DNA of 32,000 nt from Nostoc punctiforme PCC 73102 (GCF_000020025.1 NC_010628.1:7230001-7262000), one strand, 5' to 3'. Positions 17,583-27,323 are shown, numbered from the stretch's first letter. Made by a program: numbers and translations. The notes: generated from the sequence alone by a model not told the origin.

Positions 17583-18671
17583 CTATTTTTCACTTATCAG
17601 TGTTGGTGGAGTAATAGCTGCATATTCTTTGGATGTCAGCAGTGCTTCCTGAACATCAATCTTTTTGGGCAAGATTTTTTCGTTATAAAATAAATCGGCA
17701 ACACTTTGTTGAGCTTTCATCAACTCTGGATTAATTCCTTTTAATCGATAATTAGCGCGTCCAGAAATTATTTCTTGAATGGGTAAATCAATTTTAAGTA
17801 TGGGTGATATGAGTTTGGCTACTTCTTGACGATTTGCTTCCGCCCATTGACCATTTTTATCAATCTCTTCCAAGATAATCCGAAGTAATTCGGGATTTTC
17901 CTTAGCAAACTCCCGTGTTCCTACATAGTATCCGCCTGGAGTACCAATATTAGTAGCATCTCGCAGTACCCGCGCACCGTGGAGTTTTTCTACCAAAGCT
18001 AAATGAGGATCGCCAGTTACCCAAACTGGAATAGTGCCCTGAATAAATGCACCACGGGCTTCGACATTGGGCATACTCAGAACTTGAATATCATTGTATT
18101 TCAAGCCCACTTCTTCTAAAGCTTTGATAATGAAATAGTGAGAAGCTGAACCTTTTTGAAAGACTACTTTTTGTCCTTTGATTTGTGCTAAACTCTTAAT
18201 TGGAGAACCTTTAGGAACTACGATCGCACTCCCTTTCCCAGAAGTGGCAGTAATTCGTCTACCAGCAAGATAGACAATTCTTGCACCAGCAGCTTGGGCA
18301 AAAATAGGAGGGGTTTCTCCAACTGAACCAACATCAATTTTGCCGACATTCATCGCTTCTATGAGTTGCGGCCCTTGGGCAAATTGTGCCCATTCAACTT
18401 TCACACCCAAGGGTTCCAAACGTTTTTCTAAAACTCCTCTCACTCTAACTAAATCACCAGAACTTTGATATCCCATTCTCAGAAGTTTTGTTTTAAAACT
18501 AATGGTTTTTGTTGCTGCTGGATCTGCTTTTGGTTCGGTTGCGCTATTTATATTATCACTGGGTGATGTACAACTGGTTAGTGTGGTAGATAAAGCCAAA
18601 AAACCAGGCATTACAAACAATGCCAATCTTCTAATAATTGGTGATTTTTTTACTACAGTATTGCTCAACAT
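17583..18671 (-). CDS. SsuA/NMT1-type (aliphatic sulfonate family) ABC substrate-binding lipoprotein, copy 1
   Basis: Lipobox LTSC after an RR-containing signal peptide. Family-typical GYQSSGDL...WAQFAQGPQLIEAMNVGKIDVGSVGETPPIFAQAAGA. Confidence 0.8.
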   Translation of the reverse strand: MLSNTVVKKSPIIRRLALFVMPGFLALSTTLTSCTSPSDNINSATEPKADPAATKTISFKTKLLRMGYQSSGDLVRVRGVLEKRLEPLGVKVEWAQFAQGPQLIEAMNVGKIDVGSVGETPPIFAQAAGARIVYLAGRRITATSGKGSAIVVPKGSPIKSLAQIKGQKVVFQKGSASHYFIIKALEEVGLKYNDIQVLSMPNVEARGAFIQGTIPVWVTGDPHLALVEKLHGARVLRDATNIGTPGGYYVGTREFAKENPELLRIILEEIDKNGQWAEANRQEVAKLISPILKIDLPIQEIISGRANYRLKGINPELMKAQQSVADLFYNEKILPKKIDVQEALLTSKEYAAITPPTLISEK

Positions 18672-18762
18672 TTCTACAACTCCAGGCTAAATTAATCTCT
18701 GCTCTTAAGAAAAGATAAGTTTTTAAATTATTAAATTCAAGCTTGATAACTTTAATAATTTA

Positions 18763-19968
18763 CTATTTTGATTTAATTGATTCTGGTATAAAAGCCGCAT
18801 ATTCTTTTGGAGTTAATACACCATCTCTAACATTAACTTTCTTTGGTAAGAGTCCTTGGCTGTACCACAAATCGGCAATTTGTTGTTGCTTAGTGACAAC
18901 CTGTTCAGTAATTGGTAGCAACCCATAAACTGATTTAGCTTGAATCTCCTTCAAGGTAGGAACATCAATACCAACATCAGGAGAAACAAGTTCTGCTAAT
19001 TTATCGGGGTTCTTTTTAGACCACTCGTCTGCTTTTGTAAGCTCCTCCAGGAAAATTTTGAGAACTTCAGGATGCTCTTTTGCAAATTTACGCGAGGTAG
19101 AATAAAAGCTTCCAATATCCTGGAGTCCTTGCCCATCTATTAATACACGACCAATATTTTTTTGTATGGCTCTTGTAATATATGGTTCCCAAGTTACCCA
19201 AACATCAAGTCCACCCTGGCTAAAAGCAACATTTGCATCTGGAGGTGGTAAAAAAATAGATTGAACATCAGTGAGCTTTAGCTTATCTTTTTGTAGTGCT
19301 TTCAGTAAAACATAGTGAGCAATAGAAGCTTTTTGAAAAGAAACTTTTTTGCCTTTAAAGTCAGCAGCACTTTTAATTGGAGAGTTTTTTGGCACCAGAA
19401 AAGAAACTCCTCTACCATTAAATGCTGTAGTTACTACATAGACAAGTGGTGTACCTGCTGCTTGAGCAAATATAGGTGGTGATTCAGCTGTGGCTGCAAT
19501 GTCAAGAGAACCTGCGTTTAATGCTTCTAAAGCTTGCGGCCCAGCAGCAAACTCTAACCACTTAACAGTAAAATTCTTCGCTACCAAACTTTTTTCTAAA
19601 GTTCCTTGTTTCCTCATAACTGCAAGAGAACCAAGCTTAGAAGAAACAATTCGCACTTCTTGCTTTTGGGGAGTATTAGAAACTGATTGGCTTTGAGCTT
19701 CTGTACTAATTGGAGATGCTTCGTTTTGAGTTGTTTTATTTTCTTGGCTGCAACCAACTATGCTTATTGGGATTGTGAGAGAGAAAGCAGCTACAAGTAA
19801 AGATAAATAGTTACGTTCAATTTTATATTTAGCTTCTGCTTTGATAGCTAGGCTTTTATTAGATATCAGATTTACTGTTCGCAAAAAATGCTTTAAATTC
19901 TCGATTTTAGATTTTATCGGCTTGTTAATAGATATATGAGATTGCTGCAAATCTTTAAAAAATGCCAT
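18763..19968 (-). CDS. SsuA/NMT1-type substrate-binding lipoprotein, copy 2
   Basis: Lipobox IVGC. Family-typical WLEFAAGPQALEALNAGSLDIAATAESPPIFAQAAGTPLVY. Close paralog of 21433..22539. An unusually long Lys-rich segment of ~50 aa precedes the signal helix, so the true start is uncertain. Confidence 0.78.
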   Translation of the reverse strand: MAFFKDLQQSHISINKPIKSKIENLKHFLRTVNLISNKSLAIKAEAKYKIERNYLSLLVAAFSLTIPISIVGCSQENKTTQNEASPISTEAQSQSVSNTPQKQEVRIVSSKLGSLAVMRKQGTLEKSLVAKNFTVKWLEFAAGPQALEALNAGSLDIAATAESPPIFAQAAGTPLVYVVTTAFNGRGVSFLVPKNSPIKSAADFKGKKVSFQKASIAHYVLLKALQKDKLKLTDVQSIFLPPPDANVAFSQGGLDVWVTWEPYITRAIQKNIGRVLIDGQGLQDIGSFYSTSRKFAKEHPEVLKIFLEELTKADEWSKKNPDKLAELVSPDVGIDVPTLKEIQAKSVYGLLPITEQVVTKQQQIADLWYSQGLLPKKVNVRDGVLTPKEYAAFIPESIKSK

Positions 19969-20100
19969 AAAACTCTATTGTCTCCTTCAATAGAAAACTT
20001 TTTACTGTAATATTGTGTTTAACCAAATTGGTTATTAAATACAGTTTATATCTCAATACGGTTCAGTTAAGGTTAGCGCTCTTTGCCAAAGTCATTTTTT

Positions 20101-20147
20101 TTAATGAACCGCAGAGGCACAGAGTACACAGAGAGAATAAAGAGAAG
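20101..20147. repeat. Half-copy of the aacgaaccRcagaggcRcagag dispersed element
   Basis: ttaatgaaccgcagaggcacagagtacacagagagaat is similar to the left arm of the element at 23713-23843. Confidence 0.7.
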
Positions 20148-20531
20148 GGAAAAATTGCTTGATTGAACTGTATTGGTTTATATATTATCGGATTTGGTCT
20201 TGGAATAAAGTGTTAATAAACACTACCTGGCAGAGATAATAATATTTTTTGTAAATTTACTTTTGTGAGTGTGCTTTATCAATATTTATTTTACTAGCCA
20301 AAGGTAAAATAGAGTTTATATTTGGTTTTTTAAAAATCTGCACAACTCAAAAAGGTTTATTTACTATTATTAATATTAGGTTTCACGATAAAAAGAGATT
20401 ACTATATAGATCGTTATGATAAATTAGGGTTTTTTATTGTCTAGTTTAGGAACGAGGGTGGTAGTCATCCACCCTATCTTTAAAAGCAGATTTTAGGTTT
20501 TAAAAGCGTTATAACTGTCTAAAGAATAAAC

Positions 20532-21395
20532 CTAAAAAGGACGGCTACCTGCAAGACTAACTCGCTTCAAAACCCGTCGCTCATTTGGATCAAATGCTTG
20601 ACGGTAATGCAAGGTAGCTTGATTATCCCAGTAGACAATATCACCTACAGACCATTTATGTTGGTAGTAGAATTTGGGTTGATTTAGATGCTGGCGCAAC
20701 TGCTCAATCAGTTTAGATTCTTCTTCTGGCTCTAACCCGACAACTTCCACTTCTGTAGCTGCATCTAAGTAAAGATGCTTTTTACCACTTTCTGGATGTG
20801 TTCTAACTAAAGGATGGGGAAAGATCGGACTGATTAAAGGAATAGTTTTGTCTAAACGATATAAAGAGCGGGGTGCATTCCGATCTCGCAAAAATGGGTT
20901 GTAGGTAATCAACTGCAAATCTGCAATCCGTTCTTTGGTGGTTTCATCTAACGCCTCATAGGCCAAATTTGTATTTAACCAATAAGTATTTCCACCTTGA
21001 GAAGGTATTTCCAAAGCATAAAGCAGCGAACCACTAGATGGAGTGGGAGTCCATTTGTGGTCAGAATGGAAAGTTAGTTCTCCAGTACCGGTATAGCCGC
21101 CATCGACATTAGAAATCGGAATCACCACTGGGGTTTCTCCTGGTTTAGAAGCCAATACTGGAGTTTCATCAGATGGTACAAAGAGTGCGCCAAAGTAGAG
21201 AGAAAAGTTCAAAAGTTCTTTATCGGAGAGCTTTTGGTCTTTGAAAATTAAGATGTGGCGATCGCGCAGTGCTTGCTTAAGTTGTAATATAACTTCAGGT
21301 GCGATCGCTTGACTGGCATCAAGATCGGTAACTATCGTTCCCAAAGGAGCATCGATAGGACTTATTTTAACCTTGGTCAAAGTCGAGGTAGGCAT
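20532..21395 (-). CDS. TauD/TfdA-family Fe(II)/2-oxoglutarate dioxygenase (taurine/alkylsulfate dioxygenase-like)
   Basis: HxD iron ligands in TFHSDHKW. The distal motif VYWDNQATLHYRQ resembles the WDNRxxxHxA of TauD. It starts 37 nt downstream of the preceding binding-protein gene. Confidence 0.8.
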   Translation of the reverse strand: MPTSTLTKVKISPIDAPLGTIVTDLDASQAIAPEVILQLKQALRDRHILIFKDQKLSDKELLNFSLYFGALFVPSDETPVLASKPGETPVVIPISNVDGGYTGTGELTFHSDHKWTPTPSSGSLLYALEIPSQGGNTYWLNTNLAYEALDETTKERIADLQLITYNPFLRDRNAPRSLYRLDKTIPLISPIFPHPLVRTHPESGKKHLYLDAATEVEVVGLEPEEESKLIEQLRQHLNQPKFYYQHKWSVGDIVYWDNQATLHYRQAFDPNERRVLKRVSLAGSRPF

Positions 21396-21432
21396 AATAT
21401 TCTCCTGTCTTTTAATTTCTTCTTGGGTATAA

Positions 21433-22539
21433 CTACTTATTAGCTAATACATCTGAAGGAGTAATTTTGGCGTATTCTTCAGGCGTTAAAAAGCCATCTC
21501 TAACATTCACCTTTTTCGGGATAAGTCCGAGGCTGTACCACTTATCTGCAACTTCTTGTTGCTTGGTAATAGTTTTCTCAGTAATTGGTAACAACCCATA
21601 ATCATATTTATTGTGCATTATTTCTAGAGTCGGCGGATCTAGCTGAGTTACAGGAGCAAGCAGTTGTGCTACTTCTTTCGGATGATCCTTAGTCCAGATT
21701 TCTGACTTTTCTAACTCCTCTAAAAACACTTTGATTACATCAGGATGAGCCTGATAAAATTGGTGTGAAGTTGAGTAAAAATTGCCAGTATCCCGCAACT
21801 TATCACCATCTGCTAAAACACGAGCTATTTTATTTTGTACATTTCTGGTACCGAATGGCTCCCAAATATACCAAGCATCCACCTTATTTTGACTGAATGC
21901 TGCATTTGCATCTGCTGGTGCTAAAAAAACTGATTGGACATCGCTTAGTTTCAACCCTGCATCTTCTAATGCTTTAACTAATAAATAGTGCCCAATGGAA
22001 GCTTTCTGAAAAGCCACTTTTTTACCATTCAAATCAGTAACATTTTTAATTGAAGAATTTACAGGAACTAAAAGTGAAATAGCTTTACCACTAGGACGTG
22101 TAGTAGCTAGATAAACAAGGGGCGCTCCTGCTGCTTGTGAAAATACAGGAGGCGATTCGGCTGTAGATGCAATATCCAATCCATTCGCATTCAGGGCTTC
22201 TAGCTGTTGTGGCCCAGCCGCAAACTCAGCCCACTGTACTTTAAAACCCAGAGGCTCTAATCGCTTTTCTAAGGAACCCTGCTTTTCTAAAATTGCTAAA
22301 GCGGAAAGTTGTTTGGAACGTACAATCCGTACTACTTGCTTATCAGTTGACTTCTCTGTAGCGCTAGATGAAACTACTGATCCAGGGGAAGCTGCTGACT
22401 GTTGAGTGTTATTTTTGGCTTGACTACAACTTGATAGGGTCGTCGATAGCATTAAGCAGTAACCCAAAGCAAATAACAAAGAACGACGTGTTGTTCTGGG
22501 GCTTTTTCTGAATTCAAACTTTCCTTTTAAAGCTGGCAT
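21433..22539 (-). CDS. SsuA/NMT1-type substrate-binding lipoprotein, copy 3
   Basis: Signal peptide with TTRRSLLF (Tat-like RR) and lipobox LSSC. Family-typical WAEFAAGPQQLEALNANGLDIASTAESPPVFSQAAGAPLVY. Confidence 0.82.
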   Translation of the reverse strand: MPALKGKFEFRKSPRTTRRSLLFALGYCLMLSTTLSSCSQAKNNTQQSAASPGSVVSSSATEKSTDKQVVRIVRSKQLSALAILEKQGSLEKRLEPLGFKVQWAEFAAGPQQLEALNANGLDIASTAESPPVFSQAAGAPLVYLATTRPSGKAISLLVPVNSSIKNVTDLNGKKVAFQKASIGHYLLVKALEDAGLKLSDVQSVFLAPADANAAFSQNKVDAWYIWEPFGTRNVQNKIARVLADGDKLRDTGNFYSTSHQFYQAHPDVIKVFLEELEKSEIWTKDHPKEVAQLLAPVTQLDPPTLEIMHNKYDYGLLPITEKTITKQQEVADKWYSLGLIPKKVNVRDGFLTPEEYAKITPSDVLANK

Positions 22540-22678
22540 GGGTTGTTTTATTGATTTCCTTTAGGTGGTTAGAAAATGATGATTAATTGCAGTATCAAGA
22601 ACGAAAATGTTTTTTTGAAAACTCCAATCAGTAAATGTTTTTATAACTTCAAAAACTTTACTTATGAAATTAGGGAAG

Positions 22679-22774
22679 AGAGTGGGTATTACCCACTCTG
22701 CAACGACTCGAGGAACTGAAACTTTAATACTTAGGAGGCAAAAATTTAGGAAATGGAGTGAGAAAGGCTCACTC
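22679..22774 (-). other. Two perfect stem-loops in the methyltransferase / binding-protein intergenic region (possible terminators or RNA elements)
   Basis: The first is agagtgggt-att-acccactct at 22679-22699. The second is ggagtgag-aaagg-ctcactcc at 22754-22774. Both lie downstream of the stop at 22841. Confidence 0.3.
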
Positions 22775-22840
22775 CAGTGTCGTGCTAGTGGAAGATTGAA
22801 ATTTTTGAGTGAAACTCTGTTTTGTCAGCGTTCAATTTTG

Positions 22841-23662
22841 CTAGTGCTTGCAAGCGACTAGGATTGTAGCTTTGAGTTCTTCTGTAAAATGTCCAGATGG
22901 CTCAACTGCTAGCAGCGCTTCTCTGAGATCCTTTTCAAATGCTGGAGCTTTATCGCCATAGAAAATTTTCAGAGAGAAGGCTGTAGTGTATAAATAGCCG
23001 AGATAACTATCGATAGTCCAAGATTTTTCAAATGGCACTTCATAGTTTTCTTGACGAGCAAAAGCCGAATTGCCAATGACGACTTCATGGGGAGGATCGA
23101 CTGGCTTACGAGTTCCTTGTCCTTGTTGTCCAGTCCGTCGTTCTTCACCTAACCATTTTTTTACTACTCCAACAGCAGCTTGTTTCCAAGGTAGATTGCT
23201 TTCCCAAGGGTTGTCACCAGTCTGAAGCAGTGCTAATCCACCATCATCAGTTAGCAATTCATAAAGGCGTTCAAGCACTAATTCGCGTTCCATCCAGTGG
23301 AAGGCTCTACCAATAGTAGTTAAGTTAAATTTCCCTAAACTAGAGTCGATTAATTCTGCTCCTTGTTCTAACCAAGTAATATTATTTGCTCCGACTGCTG
23401 CTGCTTGGCGTTTAGCTTCTGCAATCATTTCTGGATCGGGATCGATCGCAACAACTTCTTCAAATTGGGTTCGTAGGGGAATTGAAATTAATCCTGGGCC
23501 GGTACCTAAATCGAGGAGTCGTCCTTGACCATTGAGATTAAATATTTCGGCTAGTTTATCGAATACAACAGGTGGGTATTTGGTTCTATATTGAGCGTAG
23601 CCCTCAGCGGCTCCCTCAAATAAACTTGGGTCGTAAGTTGGAAGTGTTTTTAGTTGAGTCAT
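22841..23662 (-). CDS. Class I SAM-dependent methyltransferase
   Basis: Motif I LLDLGTGPGLISIPL, followed by an acidic residue in VVAIDPDPEM. Confidence 0.8.
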   Translation of the reverse strand: MTQLKTLPTYDPSLFEGAAEGYAQYRTKYPPVVFDKLAEIFNLNGQGRLLDLGTGPGLISIPLRTQFEEVVAIDPDPEMIAEAKRQAAAVGANNITWLEQGAELIDSSLGKFNLTTIGRAFHWMERELVLERLYELLTDDGGLALLQTGDNPWESNLPWKQAAVGVVKKWLGEERRTGQQGQGTRKPVDPPHEVVIGNSAFARQENYEVPFEKSWTIDSYLGYLYTTAFSLKIFYGDKAPAFEKDLREALLAVEPSGHFTEELKATILVACKH

Positions 23663-23712
23663 ATCAATTTTGGATTTTGGTAAGGGATTTCCAAGAAATA
23701 ATTTATTTATCC

Positions 23713-23843
23713 AAATAAACGAACCACAGAGGCGCAGAGAACGCAGAGAGAGGAGAAATAGAGAGGATCTTTACGTCGGTTTTTGGGGTATTTTTTTAAC
23801 TCTCATTTCTCCGTGTCCTCTGCGCCTCTGCGGTTCGTTATTT
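23713..23843. mobile_element. 131-bp MITE-like element with ~35-bp imperfect terminal inverted repeats
   Basis: Left arm: aaataaacgaaccacagaggcgcagagaacgcagagag. Right arm: ctccgtgtcctctgcgcctctgcggttcgttattt. Single arms also occur at 20101 and 27258. Confidence 0.7.
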
Positions 23844-23978
23844 AAGAGAAATGTAGAGTGGGCAAGGCCCACGCTACAAGTGAACAGAGGAAATGGAACA
23901 TGGAACGTTGTAAAGATGGGCATTGGTCATTGAGAATGGGGCATAGTCATTCTTTCCCTACTCCCCATTCCCCATTTC

Positions 23979-25478
23979 CTATTTCCCAGCTAGATATTCG
24001 TTTGCGGCTTTCTCAACACCTGTACCTTTGAAGAAGTCTTGATTGAGGCTGGTGTACAACTCCAAGGGATGGATGGAGAGGAAGTAGCGGAGGTCTTCTT
24101 CGGTAATGATTTCGCGTTCTGCCATTGAGTAAGCGTTGGCGGTGACGGCGGTGATATCAGGCACATCCCAGTGACCGGAATCTGAACCCAAGAAGGCTTT
24201 AATGCGTTGGCTTTGCCCGCCGTAGGCATCGCCGAAGGGATTAGCTGCACGATTAAAAGCTTGGCTGACACGGGTATCGTCTGATTCTGTACCGAAGTAG
24301 AAATGATTCAAGAAGCGATCGCGCACATCTTCTGGTTTCTCTATTCCCGCTAGTTCAAATTCGTCGAGTTCACCCGGATTTTCTGGAGCTAATAGTTGAT
24401 GGTGGAATCCTAAACCGTCACCAATTTTATCTAAGCGTCCATCTACCAGTTCGCTACCGTAGCGAGTATATAACTCTACTAATGCTTCCTTGTCGATAAT
24501 AGCAGGATTGTTATTTGATAACAAATGTTGTTTGTTGCGGGTTTCCCAATGCCAAATAATATCAGCGTATAGACTAGCACCCCAAGCGGAACCACCTTCC
24601 AAAAAGGCAAATTTTAATTGCGGAAAGCGGTGGGTAACTCCACCAAAGAACAGCGATTTGCATAATGCTTCTGCTGCAAAGGCAAAGTGATTAATGTGAT
24701 TGTACTGGGCGTTGGTGACAGAACGCTGAGTTGTCCAACCTTGGCTAGAAGCGTGGGTTGTGGGTACAACTTTCAGTTCTACGCACTTAGCCCAGAATGA
24801 ATCGTAATTATACTCGCTATCTAAGCCAAAGTTATCAATCCAAACCACTTCGTTAGCGACTTCTTTGCCGTATTTTTCAAAGGCAGGAATTGGACGACGA
24901 ACGTAACCAGGGATTTGAATTGCTTTGAGTCCTAAAACATTCACTGCATATTCCAACTCTTCAATCCCTTCTTCGGGAGTGTGTAGGGGAATGGCGGCAA
25001 TGGGTGTTAGGCGATCGCTATAAGGACGGAAAATATCAGCATGGTAAGTATTAACTGCCCGACAAACAGCCCGCCGCATTTCTTCGTTGCCGATATTTGG
25101 GGCCATTGTTGCCAAATTGGGGTAGACAACGGCAAAGTCTGTACCTGCTTCTTCCAAGCGCTCATGCAGCAACTTGGGTAAGCTAATGGTAGCCAAATTC
25201 AAAGTATTTTTAGTTGGACGACCCCACCAGTTAGGGCGATTGGTGCGATAAGCAAAACGTTCTTCCCAACTTTGCTTGTACCACTTAAAGCGGGAAGATC
25301 CTGGCAAATTCTCTTTGAAACGTTCAACAAGTGCAGTTCCACCAACTTGCTCTAAATAATCCAAGACTGCTGGTTCAAATTCTTGGGTATGTACATCGGT
25401 GTCAATGATCGGATAACCAAGTTTTTCCCGAATTTGAGCAGACCTGGTTTTTTGTGGGCGGTCTAGAGCGATCGTCAT
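23979..25478 (-). CDS. Amidohydro_2-family metal-dependent hydrolase/decarboxylase-like protein, paralog B (499 aa)
   Basis: N-terminal IIDTDVHT metal-site motif and C-terminal FLGSDSGHWD (strand-8 Asp context). About 80% identical by eye to the upstream paralog. Confidence 0.75.
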   Translation of the reverse strand: MTIALDRPQKTRSAQIREKLGYPIIDTDVHTQEFEPAVLDYLEQVGGTALVERFKENLPGSSRFKWYKQSWEERFAYRTNRPNWWGRPTKNTLNLATISLPKLLHERLEEAGTDFAVVYPNLATMAPNIGNEEMRRAVCRAVNTYHADIFRPYSDRLTPIAAIPLHTPEEGIEELEYAVNVLGLKAIQIPGYVRRPIPAFEKYGKEVANEVVWIDNFGLDSEYNYDSFWAKCVELKVVPTTHASSQGWTTQRSVTNAQYNHINHFAFAAEALCKSLFFGGVTHRFPQLKFAFLEGGSAWGASLYADIIWHWETRNKQHLLSNNNPAIIDKEALVELYTRYGSELVDGRLDKIGDGLGFHHQLLAPENPGELDEFELAGIEKPEDVRDRFLNHFYFGTESDDTRVSQAFNRAANPFGDAYGGQSQRIKAFLGSDSGHWDVPDITAVTANAYSMAEREIITEEDLRYFLSIHPLELYTSLNQDFFKGTGVEKAANEYLAGK

Positions 25479-25544
25479 GATAGTTTACCCTAAATTATTC
25501 AAATGTTTGTAGGGATTGGCAAAGACCCAGAATCAATCCTTTGT

Positions 25545-25569
25545 AGAGACGGCGATTTATCGCGTCTCT
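25545..25569 (-). other. Stem-loop abutting the stop codon of paralog A (agagacgGcga-ttta-tcgcgtctct)
   Basis: A 10-bp stem with one bulged G and a 4-nt loop. It lies in the 90-nt gap between the two amidohydrolase genes and resembles a dispersed Nostoc-type hairpin. Confidence 0.45.
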
Positions 25570-27077
25570 TAGCTTAATTTCCCAGCCAAAAATTCATCTG
25601 CGGTTTTCTCCACAGCCGTACCCTTAAAAAAGTCACGATTCAGGCTGGTGTACAACTCCAAGGGATGAATTGACAGAAAATATTGCAAATCTTCTTCGCT
25701 GATAATCTTGCGTTCTACCATTGAATAGGTATTAGCTGCGATCGCAGTAATATCAGGTACGTCCCAATGACCGGAATCAGAACCCAAAAATGCTTTAACT
25801 CTATCGCCATAAGGGTTAGCTTTCCGGTTAAAAGCTTGAGCTACACGGGTATCATCGGATTCTGTGCCGAAGTAGAAATGATTCAAGAAGCGATCGCGGA
25901 TATCCTCTGGCTTCGTTACTCCTGCAACAGCGAATTCATCCAAATCACCTGGTTCTAGGGGAGATACTAAGTCAGCGTGGAAACCTAAACCACTGCCTAG
26001 TTGATCCAAACGACCATGTACTAATTCACCACCATAGCGGGTATAAAATTCTAGCAGTTCTTCATAATTAACATTGGCAGGATTGTTATTTTCCACCAAA
26101 TGATCTTTATTGCGAGTATCCCAGTGCCAAATCAAATCGGTGTACAAACTAGCACCCCAAGCTGCACCTCCTTCTAAAAAGGCAAACTTGAGTGTGGGGA
26201 AGCGGTGAGTTACACCACCAAAGAATAAAGATTTACATAGTGCTTCCCCAGCCGATGCAAAGTGACCAATATGGTTGTATTGGTAATTGCTAATGGAACG
26301 CCGATTGATCCAGCCCATACCGGAAGAGTGGGTGGTGGGGACAACTTTCAGTTCTACGCACTTCGCCCAGAAGGGATCGTAATCATATTTACTATCTAAG
26401 CCAAAAGTGTCAATCCAGATGGCTTCGTTGGCTACTTCTTCGCCATACTTCTCGAAGGCGGGAATTGGGCGGCGGACATGTCCGGGGATTTGAATAGCTT
26501 TGAGTCCCAGCACTTTCACCGCATATTCCAATTCTGCGATCGCCTCTTCGGGCGTATTCATGGGAATAGCGGCAATGGGTGTTAAGCGATCGCTATAAGA
26601 GCGGAAAATATCAGCGTGATACGTGTTAGTTGCACGACAAACAGCTCGCCGCATCTCTTCATTGCCGATGTGTGGAGCCATCGTTGCCAAGTTGGGGTAC
26701 ACAACGGCAAAGTCTGTACCAGCTTCTTGCAAGCGTTCGTGCAGCAACTTCGGCAAACTAACGGTGGCTAAATTTAAAGCGTCGTTAGTGGGACGAGTCC
26801 AGAAAGGAGGGCGGGCGGTGCGGTAAGTGCGGCGTTCATCCCAAGATTGCTTAAACCATTTAGAGCGAGATGCACCGGGTAAGTGTTCTTGAAAACGCTG
26901 TGCGATGCCTTCGGCAAGAGCAAAGCTCAACGCAGTTCCAGCAACTTGCTCTAAATAATCCAAGAATGCTGGGGGAAACTCTTGGGTATGCACATCGGTG
27001 TCAATGATCGGATAACCTAGTTTTTCCCGAATTTGAGCAGACTTGGTTTTTCTGGGACGGTCTAATGCAATAGTCAT
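25569..27077 (-). CDS. Amidohydro_2-family protein, paralog A (502 aa from the internal ATG)
   Basis: MTIALDRPRKTKSAQIREKLGYPIIDTDVHT aligns with the N-terminus of paralog B, so the start at 27077 is preferred over the ORF-track start at 27119. Confidence 0.75.
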   Translation of the reverse strand: MTIALDRPRKTKSAQIREKLGYPIIDTDVHTQEFPPAFLDYLEQVAGTALSFALAEGIAQRFQEHLPGASRSKWFKQSWDERRTYRTARPPFWTRPTNDALNLATVSLPKLLHERLQEAGTDFAVVYPNLATMAPHIGNEEMRRAVCRATNTYHADIFRSYSDRLTPIAAIPMNTPEEAIAELEYAVKVLGLKAIQIPGHVRRPIPAFEKYGEEVANEAIWIDTFGLDSKYDYDPFWAKCVELKVVPTTHSSGMGWINRRSISNYQYNHIGHFASAGEALCKSLFFGGVTHRFPTLKFAFLEGGAAWGASLYTDLIWHWDTRNKDHLVENNNPANVNYEELLEFYTRYGGELVHGRLDQLGSGLGFHADLVSPLEPGDLDEFAVAGVTKPEDIRDRFLNHFYFGTESDDTRVAQAFNRKANPYGDRVKAFLGSDSGHWDVPDITAIAANTYSMVERKIISEEDLQYFLSIHPLELYTSLNRDFFKGTAVEKTADEFLAGKLS

Positions 27078-27149
27078 AGGTTCTACCTGATTTTTCAATT
27101 GGATTGGGTAGATAGTCAATGCTGATTCAGAAGGTTGTTTACTCTCTTC

Positions 27150-27254
27150 TCAACAGCAATTCTTTTGAAGAAGTTGGGATTTTTCTTTATATGTGGCGTG
27201 ATTAGTAAAGATAAAATCTCGAAAATCAGCTTCACTGATAATTTCCTTCTCCAT
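27150..27254 (-). pseudogene. C-terminal remnant of a third amidohydrolase-like gene
   Basis: MEKEIISEADFRDFIFTNH... aligns with MAEREIITEEDLRYFLSIH / MVERKIISEEDLQYFLSIH of the two intact paralogs. The frame begins 3 nt from the dispersed repeat at 27258. Confidence 0.45.
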
Positions 27255-27257
27255 AAA

Positions 27258-27295
27258 TTCTCTCTGCGTTCTCTGCGCCTCTGTGGTTCGTTAAA
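27258..27295. repeat. Half-copy (right-arm orientation) of the aacgaaccRcagaggcgcagag element
   Basis: ttctctctgcgttctctgcgcctctgtggttcgttaaa. Confidence 0.7.
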
Positions 27296-27323
27296 AAAAC
27301 TTTAATCAACAAGATAAATAAAA

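Noticed and set aside
20021-20033. AACCAA-A-TTGGTT inverted repeat ~55 nt upstream of SBP2 as an operator
   Set aside because: A 6-bp arm in a very AT-rich 560-bp region is expected by chance, and the motif does not recur upstream of the other island genes.
22664-22861. 65-aa ORF in the methyltransferase / binding-protein intergenic region
   Set aside because: It spans two perfect hairpins, has no recognisable motif and overlaps the methyltransferase 3' end. The region is more plausibly a terminator or UTR.
23670-23933. 87-aa ORF (…EPQRRRERRERRNRE…)
   Set aside because: It reads straight through the 131-bp inverted-repeat miniature element. The Arg/Glu-rich translation is the typical artefact of that repeat family.
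27078-27119. 14-codon N-terminal extension of amidohydrolase paralog A
   Set aside because: Paralog B starts exactly at the aligned MTIALDRP. The extension has no counterpart in B.
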